From: Octopus bimaculoides
Lineage: Eukaryota
Length of the DNA stretch: 64,000 nt
Reading direction: 5' to 3'
Assembly: GCF_001194135.2 (NCBI RefSeq)
Contig: NC_068986.1
Coordinates: 114,890,645 to 114,954,644 of the forward strand
A program made the position numbers and the translations under genes. This document shows positions 27,738 to 39,108 of this stretch, piece by piece. Position 1 is the stretch's first letter, and every line of letters starts with the position of its first letter. The notes beneath the pieces are model-generated. The model was not told the DNA's origin. It saw nothing but the letters and a program-made list of their open reading frames with translations, and made no database searches.

Positions 27738-28879
27738 CATGCATATACAGAGGCGTACGAGGCAGCAACTATAACAAAAAAGAGGTTTTGATAAGAAGCT
27801 TGTGAGCCACAGACCACACCTGTGATTAGCATGAAGTCTCAGGTAGAATTAAGGTGAGTTGATGGTGAAATGGAAGAAAGTGAGGAACAGTGTTAACCCA
27901 TTAAGTCCCACTGTCCTATAAATAGGACACTAAATGAGAACATTAGATAAGCTATATGACATTGTCTCAATGTCCTATTTATAGGACATTGAGTATTTCC
28001 ATTTCTACTTGAAGTAAAGGAGTTTTAATAACTGATTATTTTAATTTTAACCTATTTTCAATCATCTCTCTTTTACTCTTTTACTTGTTTCAGTCATTTG
28101 ACTGTGGCCATGCTGGAGCACCGCCTTTAGTCGAGCAAGTCGACCCCAGAACTTATTCTTTGTAAGCCTAGTACTTATTCTATCGGTCACTTTTGCCAAA
28201 CCGCTAAGTTACGAGGACGTAAACACACCACCATCGATTGTCAAACGATGCTGGGGGGACAAACACAGACACACAAACACACAGGCACACTTATACGATG
28301 GGCTTCTTTCAGTTTCCGTCAACCAAATCCACTCACAAAGCTTTGGTCGGCCTGAGGCTATAGTAGAAGACACTTGTCCAAGGTGCCACGCGGTGGGACT
28401 GAACCTGGAATCATGTGGTTCGTAAGCCACTCACAATTTTAAGTACTTAATGGGTTAAGCATCTAGAAGAGAAGGTAGACATCAGTGGATATATCTACAA
28501 AAGAGAGAAGCTGAAAGTAAAAGATTTACCAATATTTTACATTGTGAGAATTAGAAGCATGAAATGTTCTGAATTGTGAATCAGTGTGGTGTTGATGATG
28601 ATGATGATGTCTCGGCAGTGGCGGCGGCGGTGGTTGCGATGTTGTTGTTGTTAGTGTGAGTCAGGATGTCCTCAGTGATATAACGATAATAGTGCATTTG
28701 CTGAGAAGGAGAGATGGACATGCAGACAGACAGACTCACACACACAGCTACACATGCATGTACACGCACAGACAGACACATGCATGCACAGACATGCATA
28801 CAGAGAGAGAGACACACACACACATGCATGCACAAGCACAGACAGATACACACATACATACATGCACAGACACATACAC

Positions 28880-28910
<31 letters not shown>

Positions 28911-29216
28911 GAGTAATGAGTTAACTTTGATTTGGTTTTACATCCCGTTTAGGATGAGTTCACTTCATTTTGTGCTACAACTGTCCTTGAGAAACTCATG
29001 AACTTCACTTAGTCATTTTTCAAGCATTAAACTGTGCTTCAGTAAGAAATATTTTATCATAGATAACGATAATTATTTTCTTAATAATCTGATTTTTTAC
29101 ACTTTTTCCAGGCATTCTCATAAAGATCTACGAGAAAAAGCTGCGTATATTTATAAAGTATCCTTTGTATTTTCAAATTTGTTTGTGTTTGATGTGTGTG
29201 TGTGTATAAATATGTA

Positions 29217-29253
<37 letters not shown>

Positions 29254-29623
29254 NNNNNNNNNNNNNNNNNNNNNNNNNNNNNNNNNNNNNNNNNNNNNNN
29301 NNNNNNNNNNNNNNNNNNNNNNNNNNNNNNNNNNNNNNNNNNNNNNNNNNNNNNNNNNNNNNNNNNNNNNNNNNNNNNNNNNNNNNNNNNNNNNNNNNNN
29401 NNNNNNNNNNNNNNNNNNNNNNNNNNNNNNNNNNNNNNNNNNNNNNNNNNNNNNNNNNNNGGCACAGGAGTGGCTGTGTGGTAAGAAGCTTGCTTCCTAA
29501 TCACATGGCTCAAGGTTCAGTCCCATTGCGTGGCACCTTGAGCAAGTATCTTCTACTATAGCCTCAGGCTGACCAAAGCCTTGTGAGTGGATTTGGTAGA
29601 CAGAAACTGAAAGAAGCCTGTCG

Positions 29624-29660
<37 letters not shown>

Positions 29661-30044
29661 TTGTGTGTCTGTCCTCCCCACCATCACTTGACAACCAATG
29701 TTGGTGTGTTTCGTCCCCGTCACTTAGTGGTTCGTCAAAAGAGCCCAATAGAATAAGTACTAGGCTTACAAAGAATAAGTCCTGGAGTTGATTTGTTTGA
29801 CTAAAGGTGGTGCTCCAGCATGGCTGGAAACAGCATGCTAAGACAAAGTCCATCGTTACTGATATATTAGTCTGCTGCTGATATGTTTTTGTGTTATTTA
29901 ACACAGCATGTCCATGTATTATCTCTAGATGAATACTGCTGTTAAGTTGGCTTTCCATGATGTACTTGCATTGAGTATGATACACAGATAGCTATTTTAA
30001 TCTAATACTGCTTCTGCTGCATGTAAGATTTTATATATATATAT

Positions 30045-30078
<34 letters not shown>

Positions 30079-30961
30079 CCCACACATTCAACAATGTTTT
30101 GTGAAAGTAATGTTATTGTATTTAATGTCACCAGTGTGATACTAATTCAGTGAACTTCCACCAAAAAGTGTTAAGGAATGCTAAGACCAGAAATGCTGCA
30201 TCCTTTCAAATGAGCATTGGTCAAGAGAAGCTCAGTTCATGTGAAGTTTGGAGGATCTCCTCTTTTTACAATCATCAATGGGTCTGAAACAATCACATCC
30301 TCAAACATCTCACTCCCCCCACCCCAAGCCATTTTGATAGCTTTTTCTTGGCTGTAGTCTGTAGATTGAATCATCATCATCATTATCATTATCATTTAGC
30401 ATCTATTGTCCATGCTGGCATGGGTTGGACGGTTTGAGCAGGACTGGCAAGCTGAAAGGCTGCACCAGGCTCCAATCTGGTCTGGCAGAGTTTCTACAGC
30501 TGGATGCCCTTCCTAATGCCAACCACTCTGAGAGTGTAGTGGGTGCTTTTATGTGCCACGGCACAGGAGCCAATTGGGGTGAGGGGGCTGGCATCAATCA
30601 TGTTTGGATGGTGCCTTTTACGTGCCACCGACACAGGGAGCCAGTCAGGCAGCACTGGCAACGACCCATGCATGAATGGTGCTTATTGCGTATCACCAGT
30701 ATGGGAGCCAGTCAAGTGGTACTGGCATCAGCCACAACTACACAGTTTTAAAAATTATTAAACCTTAACTTACTGAAGATATATCCAGCCACTGAAGAGA
30801 TTTCTCTGTCTAACACCTTTGTTTATTCTGACATCTTCAATGATACATCCATACATTGTTTCCCAATGAAAAACTTGAAGAAACTTCCAGAAGATTTTTG
30901 GCTAAACAGATCAGAACCAAATTATAATTTATCAGATATTGAAATTATTGTAAATAAATAA
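17628..30961 (+). CDS. SRRD: SRR1-like protein, complete, 338 aa: exons 17628-17785, 18885-18925, 20939-21270, 22987-23085, 25023-25180, 29112-29157, 30779-30961
   Basis: The exon lengths 158+41+332+99+158+46+183 sum to 1017 nt and give an open frame. SRR1-domain motifs: [82 protein letters not shown]. Confidence 0.95.
18211..18696 (+). mobile_element. Two tandem SINE family D copies
   Basis: 18211-18425 and 18480-18696. Confidence 0.82.
18885..18925 (+). CDS. SRRD: SRRD exon 2
   Basis: ctctcttgtag acceptor, NEIELSDFYTKFQ, bridges phase 2 to phase 1. Confidence 0.85.
20252..20645 (+). mobile_element. SINE family A
   Basis: Family match. Confidence 0.85.
20759..20908 (+). repeat. Inverted repeat arm A (SRRD intron 2)
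   Basis: Reverse complement of 28934-29102, apart from a 19-nt indel and a few substitutions. Confidence 0.9.
20939..21270 (+). CDS. SRRD: SRRD exon 3
   Basis: tttttcag acceptor, ...[38 protein letters not shown] donor. Confidence 0.95.
21486..21795. mobile_element. hAT-type MITE
   Basis: TIRs tagtggttcccaaac / tttgaaaaccactg; 8-bp flanks ttctacag / ctctacag (7/8 match). Confidence 0.75.
22205..22710. mobile_element. Head-to-head pair of the same tRNA-head/hammerhead unit
   Basis: The - copy at 22205-22489 and the + copy at 22490-22710 are centred on gctcatgggc. The hammerhead core is mutated (AAAA for GAAA). Confidence 0.8.
22987..23085 (+). CDS. SRRD: SRRD exon 4
   Basis: LSLHQCYTYDPVWSDVEKSVIHSIGVSLLSKNE, GTAAGC donor. 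Confidence 0.95.
23130..23390 (-). mobile_element. RTE-tail repeat family
   Basis: Same family, long (CAT)n tail. Confidence 0.85.
24041..24452 (-). mobile_element. SINE family A
   Basis: Family match. Confidence 0.85.
24636..24945 (+). mobile_element. SINE family A, 5'-truncated
   Basis: Family match. Confidence 0.85.
25023..25180 (+). CDS. SRRD: SRRD exon 5
   Basis: [58 protein letters not shown] donor. Confidence 0.97.
25520..25897 (+). mobile_element. SINE family B (tRNA-like head)
   Basis: A-box tggcccagtgg and B-box gtttcgattc; inverted copy at 5966-6350. Confidence 0.82.
25985..26422 (+). mobile_element. SINE family A
   Basis: Family match. Confidence 0.85.
26650..26892 (-). mobile_element. 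SINE family A, 3' half
   Basis: Family match. Confidence 0.8.
27419..27532 (+). repeat. Perfect 22-bp GC-rich minisatellite x5
   Basis: (aacgtgctgaggcaccgccctc)5 + aacg. Confidence 0.97.
27893..28458. mobile_element. piggyBac-like MITE interrupted by a SINE
   Basis: TTAA-cccattaagt ... acttaatggg-TTAA. Confidence 0.7.
28068..28425 (-). mobile_element. SINE family A nested in a TTAA MITE
   Basis: Family match. Confidence 0.85.
28934..29102 (-). repeat. Inverted repeat arm B (SRRD intron 5)
   Basis: Reverse complement of 20759-20908; runs into the exon 6 polypyrimidine tract. Confidence 0.9.
29112..29157 (+). CDS. SRRD: SRRD exon 6
   Basis: tttttccag acceptor, HSHKDLREKAAYIYK, donor GTATCCTTT. 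Confidence 0.88.
29461..29825 (+). mobile_element. SINE family A
   Basis: Family match, starts at the gap edge. Confidence 0.85.
30375..30745 (-). mobile_element. RTE-tail repeat family inside the U12-type intron
   Basis: Same family; ends ~18 nt upstream of the branch site. Confidence 0.85.
30779..30961 (+). CDS. SRRD: SRRD exon 7 (terminal)
   Basis: [60 protein letters not shown]. Confidence 0.93.
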   Translation: [60 protein letters not shown]

Positions 30962-31132
30962 ATATTTTATATAAAACTGAAGTCTTTTGTTGACTTTTCT
31001 TCTTATGTGAGACAACTTTGAGTATTATTTTCATGTCATTGTGGAAGTTTATCAAACATAATGATTGCAGTTATGGCTTTATATTCCACAGGTTGCAAAC
31101 TTTAGTCACCTTTCACATTAAATTCTTAAATT

Positions 31133-31495
31133 ATCATCATCATCATCATCATCATCATCGTTTAACATCCGCTTTCCATGCTAGCATGGGTTGGACGATT
31201 TGACTGAGGACTGGCGAACCAGATGGCTACACCAGGCTCCAATCTGATTTGGCAGAGTTTCTACAGTTGGATGCCCTTCCTAACACCAACCACTCTGAGA
31301 GTGTAGTGGGTGCTTTTACGTGCCACCGGCATGAAGGCCAGTCCGGTGGTTCTGGCAACGACCTCGCTCAAAATGGTATATTTTACATGCCACCTGCACA
31401 CTCCAGCGGCACTGGCAACGATCTCGCTCGAATGACTTTTCACGTGCCACGCTCGAATGGTGCTCTTAGCACTCCACTGGTACAGGTGCCATCAC
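31133..31495 (-). mobile_element. RTE-tail repeat family downstream of the SRRD stop
   Basis: Same family. Confidence 0.85.
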
Positions 31496-32059
31496 AATTT
31501 CGCTTCACCTGCTGTGAGACACAGGAACCAACTGAAAAAGAGATTCATGGAAAGTGAACCAAAGAAGATGGAGGAACCAATGGAATGGTTGTATAATATG
31601 TTCCAAGTACCAACGCCACTGCAGGTGATTGAACCCAGGCGTACAAGTGAGAGGAAAAGAAAACATGTAGAGGTTCTGAAATTAGATACCAAGCTCAAAA
31701 AAATATTAAATTGAACGAAAAATAAAGACTCAAAAAAGGGAAAAAGAGATGTGTATGTGTGTGAATAAAAATAGATTATTGCTAAATAAAATGACACTGC
31801 CTAAGAAAAACTTTAAAATGTTGTAGGTACTTATTTTATCGACCTTGAAAGCATGGAAAGCAAAATAGACCACAATAGAATTTGACTCAGAACGTGAAGA
31901 CGGTCAAAATGTAGTTAAGCATTTTGCTCCACATGCTAACGATTCCAGCAGCTTGCCGTTATTTTTTTTTTTTTATCTATTTACAAATATTAGTAAAAAA
32001 TATAAAATTTTTATTTACTAATATTAAACACCTGAACATATCAGCTGAAATATAGAGAA

Positions 32060-32413
32060 CTCATGGCAACCTCAGTGGTTGCCATGGCAACAATTCGTGA
32101 TTGTGGATATGAAATTGTTCCCCCTCCACCTTATTTACCAGACTTAGCCCCCTCTAACTTTCATCTATTCCCCAAAATGAAAAAAGCCCTGGCTGGTCGC
32201 CATTTTGCCAGTGACAATGACGTCATAGACGCTGTAGGAAGTTTCTTGGAGTCTCAAACAAAAGAGTTCCTCTACGCCAGGATAATGGCGCTTCAGCACC
32301 ACTGGAGAAAGTGTTCAGCCATCGAGGGGGACTATGTTGAAAAATAAATCATCAGAAGTGTTGTACTATGTTTTGTTTTTTTGAGGTTCAAGACTTTTCA
32401 TACACCCCTCGTA
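32060..32413 (+). mobile_element. Mariner transposase 3' fragment with right TIR
   Basis: PPPYLPDLAPSNFHLFPKMKKALAGRHFASD...GDYVEK* (YSPDLAPSD-like), ending in ...ttttcatacacccctcgTA. Confidence 0.88.
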
Positions 32414-33483
32414 CTTACTTAGGTAATTACCAAGAGTGCCTTTGGATACATTTATCCATTAGAGGGTTTAAACACTTCTAACTTATACCTGCATATACAT
32501 ATATATATTGTACCAATAATATCAATAATGATAATAGAATTGATGAATTATTAATTACTGTTACTCTATTACTTGCTCTACGGAAATTATGCAGTCCTGA
32601 ATAGGACTCTCGGATTTACCAAGCAAGAAACGTTACCAGAGCCTAGCAACTTTTTTCTGTTTGTTCGGGCATCACAAAATGAGCGTTGTGGTTAGCCGGC
32701 ATCTGAAACCGAATTAAGAGGAAGCATGGTAACCGCAAGGATGTTCTATTCCTTTAAACTCATATATATATATAACATGAATAAGAATGAAGTCAACTTT
32801 TCGATTATGTAATGCAGATTTCCATGAGAGTGGCTACTGTTTATTTATTGATTATATAATAGAACAAAATAATCAAACCACTTCGTCAGACGTGACTTGA
32901 ATTATCAAATCACAATTCATTTTGCAAGAAATTTATCTCAACATTCCATGAAAATGTTTTTTGTAGAAGAAAGCGTTTTCAAACACATTAATTGAAGGGA
33001 TAAGTTTAATTTAGTATTTAGCCAATCAGCGCAGTTATTTTGCCCGAGACATTTATGAATGACATTTAGTGTAATAAAATTTTTCAACTTACAAATTGTA
33101 GGACACTTTATATATACTCTAATGTATACGAGACAATTTCAAGAAAAATATAACCATAATAGAATCCATCTGTAGATTTGTAAGTATAAAGAGATCACAA
33201 GTTGACATCAAAGAAAACATTAATAAACTACATTGTCAAAGATAAGGAATATATAGATAATATCATCTATATTATTTATATTATCTACACCACAAAACCC
33301 TTTCGAACGAGCAACACTGTTTACACGTCTCCATGCTTGGAAATGACTAAATATAAACTGCTATTCGAACTTACACACCATGTACAGGAAATTTTTTTAC
33401 CACTTCTATACACCATTCTCCTCGAATAATGGAACTGCAACTACAATATCTTTATATATCTAACCTCTACATTCATTCTCTTA

Positions 33484-33531
33484 TTTCCCTCTATATTCCC
33501 TATCTTTTCTACAATAATTCGAACTCAAATA
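33484..33531 (+). ncRNA. Minimal type-I hammerhead motif (same family as 47514)
   Basis: gtct-CTGATGA-a-gggatatt..aatatgcc-a-GAAA-CAGCTG-TA-agac. Confidence 0.6.
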
Positions 33532-36500
33532 TTTTCTCAAACCGTCTCTGATGAAGGGATATTCATAATATGCCAGAAACAGCTGTAAGACTATTTCATT
33601 ATAAATGTTCTGAAAACTCCTCACAGCCTTGGATTTGTTATCTCATTCTGTCTAATAGATAATATTATATACAAATACTCGATCGCCACATCTCGAATAG
33701 TATGTACATATATTAACGTCTTTTCAACTATTTTCAAGGCAAGATTATGCGACCATTTACATAGCTTTAAAATTGAAAATAAAGCTAATTGTGCATCACT
33801 GTCCAAAATGATCTGGAAACTTAAGCCTCGTTGTATTGATTACTCGATCTTCTTGTCTGTAGATAGACGAGTCTTGCCTTATAAAGGCAGAGGGGTGGGT
33901 GCAGATTTATGTTGCGTTGAGGCACTTGAAAAAAGAAAAGGCAATGGAAATATTTTTGCGCACGCGCGTTTGTTTGCCTGCACCATAAAAAAATACTGTT
34001 GACAAAAAAGAAGCTGAATGTCCAGTGAATCGTACCAAACCATCAGCGTCCAACCAGCTGTGCCCAACCATCTCATTCCGCTGTCTGTATAGCAGCAGCA
34101 GCAGCAGCTCTGCCTACAGACATCTTAATCCTAGAGATGGGAACAGTAGTCCAATGCTGGACTCTTCTGAGTTCTGTACAACGTTAGTAATTAACGCTGG
34201 AATTTAAAGAACAAACCCCTATCTTTCAACACTTGTGATTGTTGACTGTATCTGTGATGAGGTACAAGAAAGGAAGTGTTAAGACTGGGTGGCGACAGAA
34301 TTTACATCCATTTATACAGCTTACCTTATACACGATCCGAAAAAAGTTAATTCAACTTGTTAGAAATAGCAGTTAAATATTCTTAATACCACCTACTGAC
34401 TTAGAAGATCCCTATGAACGAGTAAAAAAAATCAAGATGGGATTATGGCTGGAATACTTTTCAACATCAGTTGTTCGCTCCATCATAGCTGACCAAGTGT
34501 GAAACAATAACAACGGCGACCATAACAACAGCAAGTCTTATAAAATATTTCACCTTCTTCAAGAATATCAGCCAGAAGTTATTCGACTAATCCTGGAAAC
34601 TTTCTTAGTCAGATCCATAGTGACGCCCTAAAGATAAACCACAAGTCCTTCCTAAGATTTCTATTCTTCTGTAAACATTTCACTCGGCAAGAATGTCCAA
34701 GCGCTCGCTTCACTTTACTAGTTTTTTTTTTTATTAAAGCGGTTCAGATTTCGATGTTTTTGTGCTGCACCTTCGTTAAATGTGTTTACTCCCCCATTGA
34801 TCTGTACTGAAGCCTGTTAGAGCCACTTAATCTCCTACCCGGTTTAACATCACAACCTGGTATTTGGATGTTCCTTGTGTAGTTCGTGGGTGCCATTAAC
34901 GGAGCCTATGATGCAGAATACATTTGGGCCAGGTCTGCAGTTTTAGAATAATCTCCACCTTTCCTCTCTCGGCTCTCAGACGCTTTGAATATGGGCTAAG
35001 CTATGATGAAGAAAATAAAACTACTCCGTTCTCTGGCAATAATATCAGGATCTTCCTACGCAAGGTCTGCACTTCTTTAATTCTCTTTCACATGCGAAGG
35101 TCACTATTTTAATGGCTGATATCAGCAACTTTTTCACTAATCCGTAAATGACTTTGTTTGTCTTCGCTGTTGTTTGGTTCATCGACTGACATTTTGGTTC
35201 TGGAAATTTCCACAGGAAGTATTTTACCTTAATCTATTCTTTCACTAGTTTCAGTCATTGGACCCTAGCCATGCAGGGGCTTTACCTTTAAGGGTTTTTA
35301 GTTAGTCATACTGAACTCAGTAAATGTTCCAGCCTTGTATTTTCTAATGATCTAGATTTATCAAAATGTCAAGTTGCGCTTTGTGACATAACTGTGGTTT
35401 TTACATCGGTAGACATAAGCCGACAGAAGGAAACAGCACGTCTGTCTACCAGAGTTTGCTGTGTGACGGTGGTGACTTAATACTAATCAATTGTGGATGC
35501 GATATAGGATGACTGTGTATGCAGCATCAGGACCTGCCAGATATGGGAGCAGGGTTTCTTTGTGCGTTTCATTTGAGCTTCGTAAAAGATTTGTTGTTGT
35601 TGAGAAAGGGAGTGGGGCGGATTGAAATATTTTCTGGTTCTGGAAAATAAATCTTTGTGATGCAGATTTTTTTTTTATGGGGAGAATATACATAGGATGG
35701 GCCTTGAATAATGGCGAGGCCTAGTATTTAAAGTGATTGGGAGGTGGGTTCCGGCGGCATGTTATTCATGTCTAGAAGTACGATAAGGACTTCTTGACAT
35801 GTGTAGTAATATTGACTTTTTTTGTTAAGGCGTCGAAATTGATGCCCCTCTACTGGAGATGGTTTCTATTCATGTTAGTGCAGATTTGGCGTCTACGTTG
35901 TATAAGGACGACAATTGGGTGCTGAAGGTTACGGAAGAATGACGGATTGTATCATCTGCATAGAAGTGGGTGATGTCGAAGTTAGCAGTAAGTTTGCCAT
36001 TGATGTGCAGGAGGAGAAGTGTGGGGGATAAAAACAGAAACAATAGGCCACGTCTGGGTTTGAGAGATGGTTAGAGACATTTCCCACAGTATATGTCTTG
36101 GTAGTGTCATCAAACATGAAGTCACTGTTCCAAGAGATAAGAGATGAATGACGCCCATTAGGGGTGAAGTTTTCACAGGAGATTCGTACATCAAACTCTC
36201 ATGAAAGCTTTGGTAAAGTCGAGGGCAACAAAACTGCTTTTATTAAAAGGTTAGGGGCTAAAAGCCCAGTGGTGAATAATTTAGAAATGAAAATCTCTTT
36301 CAGTCTGGTTTTATGAAAACCTAGGGTGTTGGTAATTAAGGAGAAAAAGAGATTTACAGAGTAAAGTCGTGAAGTCCCGTCAACACGACAGAAAAGTATC
36401 GTTAGCTAAAAATAAAAATAAATAAAAAAATGAAAGAAAATCTTGTGTTCAATGAAAGAAAGAAAACAAACGAAAACATAAAAATTAGATAAACTTTAAT

Positions 36501-36859
36501 CTCAAACCAGGCTTATATTTTTTGTTTAATTTTAAAATACTTTTCTTTAACTCACAATAAAAATAACAAGAATCACACTAAATGAAAAAAAAACAATAAA
36601 AATAAAATTAAAAGTCAACAAATAACCCCCAGAATCTGCCCAAGGTGGTGATGTAAAAATAATATTTTAATCCTCAAAACAACTCTGTCCAATATCACAA
36701 CGGTGTGAGGAGCAAATACTCTCGTCCGATTGGTAATTGGTAGAATACTCACTGTAGCATGAGGCAACAAAACGAAGACCCATTAATTGTCATATTGCGG
36801 CTGGAAGAAATAACTAAATTACAAACACTCTTTCTTCACTTTTAATTACAGCAAATTAT

Positions 36860-37794
36860 TATTGTGTTGAGTGAAAAGTTTTGCAATATTTTGGTAACTT
36901 ATTTGCTTTATTCGTCAAATTACAACAAAAATAGTTTAGTATTCAGAATAGAAGCCATGGAGTTGCAAAAAGTGATATCAACGCGAGATCAAAGAGCAGG
37001 CTTTCTGTCAGCTCTTTCATTTTACGTTGATATCAATTTTTGCCCGAGGCGATGAACTCCTTCCCTGAAGCTTCCACCTCCTCTTGGTTGATGAAGCATT
37101 GAGAGCGCAGGAAGTGAGTCATGGATCGGAGCAAATAATAGTCCGAGGGGGCTAGGTCCGGATTATATGCTAGGTGTGGCATCAATTCCATTCCCTCAAG
37201 TTCCTGGAGTTTGTTCCGGGTTATTCAAGCAGAATGAGGTCTCGTGTTGTCTTGCTGTAGAAAAGCTTGCTTTCTGTTAACCAATTCCGGGTATTTTTTT
37301 GTTGCACAATGGCATACATCCTCTCCAGCCCTTCGGAGTACAGGTTGGCATCGATGGCTCGACCATCCAGAATGAACTCGTAGTGAATTATCCCCCTCAT
37401 AATTCCACCAAACCCTGAGCATCGCCTTGTGTTCGAAACGTCCATGCTTGGCCACAAGTTCCGGAAGCTGGTCCCTGCTTAACCACTTCTTATGCATGTT
37501 AGGATTGCGGGGAAACTCTATCCCTCGGATTATCATTTGTTCCGATCCATGACTTACTTCCTGCACTCGTCACGCTTCATCTACCAAGAGGAGTGGAAGT
37601 TCCAGTGGAGGAGTTCTTTTCCTCGAACGACAAGAACGGGTATCAGCGTGGGATCAAAGAACTGGCAAAAAGATGGCTTCAGACGGTGCAACACGATGGC
37701 CTCGACTTTGAATTTTTGACCGCTTTCGTTGTAACTTGACGAATAAAGCAACTAAATTACCAAAATATCGCAAAACTTTTGTCTCAACACAATA
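36860..37794. mobile_element. Decayed mariner derivative with two inverted 3' ends
   Basis: - strand remnants VWWNYEG/IIHYEF/LVNRK/QQDNTRPH and LAPSDY. The + strand has a second PSDYHLFRSM copy. The termini TAttgtgttgag...ctcaacacaaTA match. Confidence 0.85.
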
Positions 37795-38396
37795 TCATTA
37801 TTTGTATCATGTTTTCAGCAGTTACATCTAGGTCTCTCTTATGCCGTCCGATGTATCCCACCATCCCATGTTCGTTCCTGAGGTATAAGCAGCATCGTCT
37901 TTTGTGTGCAAGGTGCTTATATAAGCAACATCTATTGCGTTTTGTCGTGGGGTTCATCTTGCTGTTTTTTTTTTAGGGTTTCGTCTGTTTGGTATGCGAA
38001 ATACGTAGAAGGTGGTGCAGTATTGTGTGTGACGTTGATGTTGTGACTCTATTTTAGATCCCGGTCAGCTCTGGCAGAGCAGACCAACCATTAAATGCAT
38101 TCCTGCCGCGATTATCCCGCCCTTCCCTTGAATAGTACATATCTAGAACTACATTATCAATGTGCCTCCGCCCCGACCATTTACCAAGACAGTAAAGCGA
38201 TTTGAGGGAGAGATTGCTGCTACATCTACCTGGTCGTGAGACTTTGTGGAGGCTCCTTCGTTCGATTAGGTTCTCCGAATCATTGGAATTATTTTTTGAC
38301 AGAAATTCTGTTGGTTGTATACTGTGCTACATCTTAATATTGTGTCGGTTATATGCATACTCAGTTGCGTAGTGGTATTTGTATTTGGTATATACT

Positions 38397-38434
<38 letters not shown>

Positions 38435-39075
38435 NNNNNNNNNNNNNNNNNNNNNNNNNNNNNNNNNNNNNNNNNNNNNNNNNNNNNNNNNNNNNNNNNN
38501 NNNNNNNNNNNNNNNNNNNNNNNNNNNNNNNNNNNNNNNNNNNNNNNNNNNNNNNNNNNNNNNNNNNNNNNNNNNNNNNNNNNNNNNNNNNNNNNNNNNN
38601 NNNNNNNNNNNNNNNNNNNNNNNNNNNNNNNNNNNNNNNNNNNNNNNNNNNNNNNNNNNNNNNNNNNNNNNNNNNNNNNNNNNNNNNNNNNNNNNNNNNN
38701 NNNNNNNNNNNNNNNNNNNNNNNNNNNNNNNNNNNNNNNNNNNNNNNNNNNNNNNNNNNNNNNNNNNNNNNNNNNNNNNNNNNNNNNNNNNNNNNNNNNN
38801 NNNNNNNNNNNNNNNNNNNNNNNNNNNNNNNNNNNNNNNNNNNNNNNNNNNNNNNNNNNNNNNNNNNNNNNNNNNNNNNNNNNNNNNNNNNNNNNNNNNN
38901 NNNNNNNNNNNNNNNNNNNNNNNNNNNNNNNNNNNNNNNNNNNNNNNNNNNNNNNNNNNNNNNNNNNNNNNNNNNNNNNNNNNNNNNNNNNNNNNNNNNN
39001 NNNNNNNNNNNNNNNNNNNNNNNNNNNNNNNNNNNNNNNNNNNNNNNNNNNNNNNNNNNNNNNNNNNNNNATATG

Positions 39076-39108
<33 letters not shown>

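Larger units (their letters stand above)
29158..30778 (+). other. U12-type (minor spliceosome) GT-AG intron, SRRD intron 6
   Basis: The 5' splice site is GTATCCTTTG. The branch site CCTTAAC lies at 30763-30769, about 10 nt before the AG, and there is no polypyrimidine tract. Confidence 0.88.

Noticed and set aside
30743-30751. Upstream CAG that could be an alternative acceptor for SRRD exon 7
   Set aside because: It would add Phe then a stop and delete conserved residues. It lies 5' of the U12 branch site.
33875-34200. TATA-like and GCGCACGCGC motifs followed by a short ORF with (CAG)n
   Set aside because: The frame stops after 24 codons and no gene could be linked to it. The motifs are too short to support a promoter call.
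35700-36300. Possible decayed retroelement RT region
   Set aside because: Coding-like texture, but I could not read any diagnostic motif.
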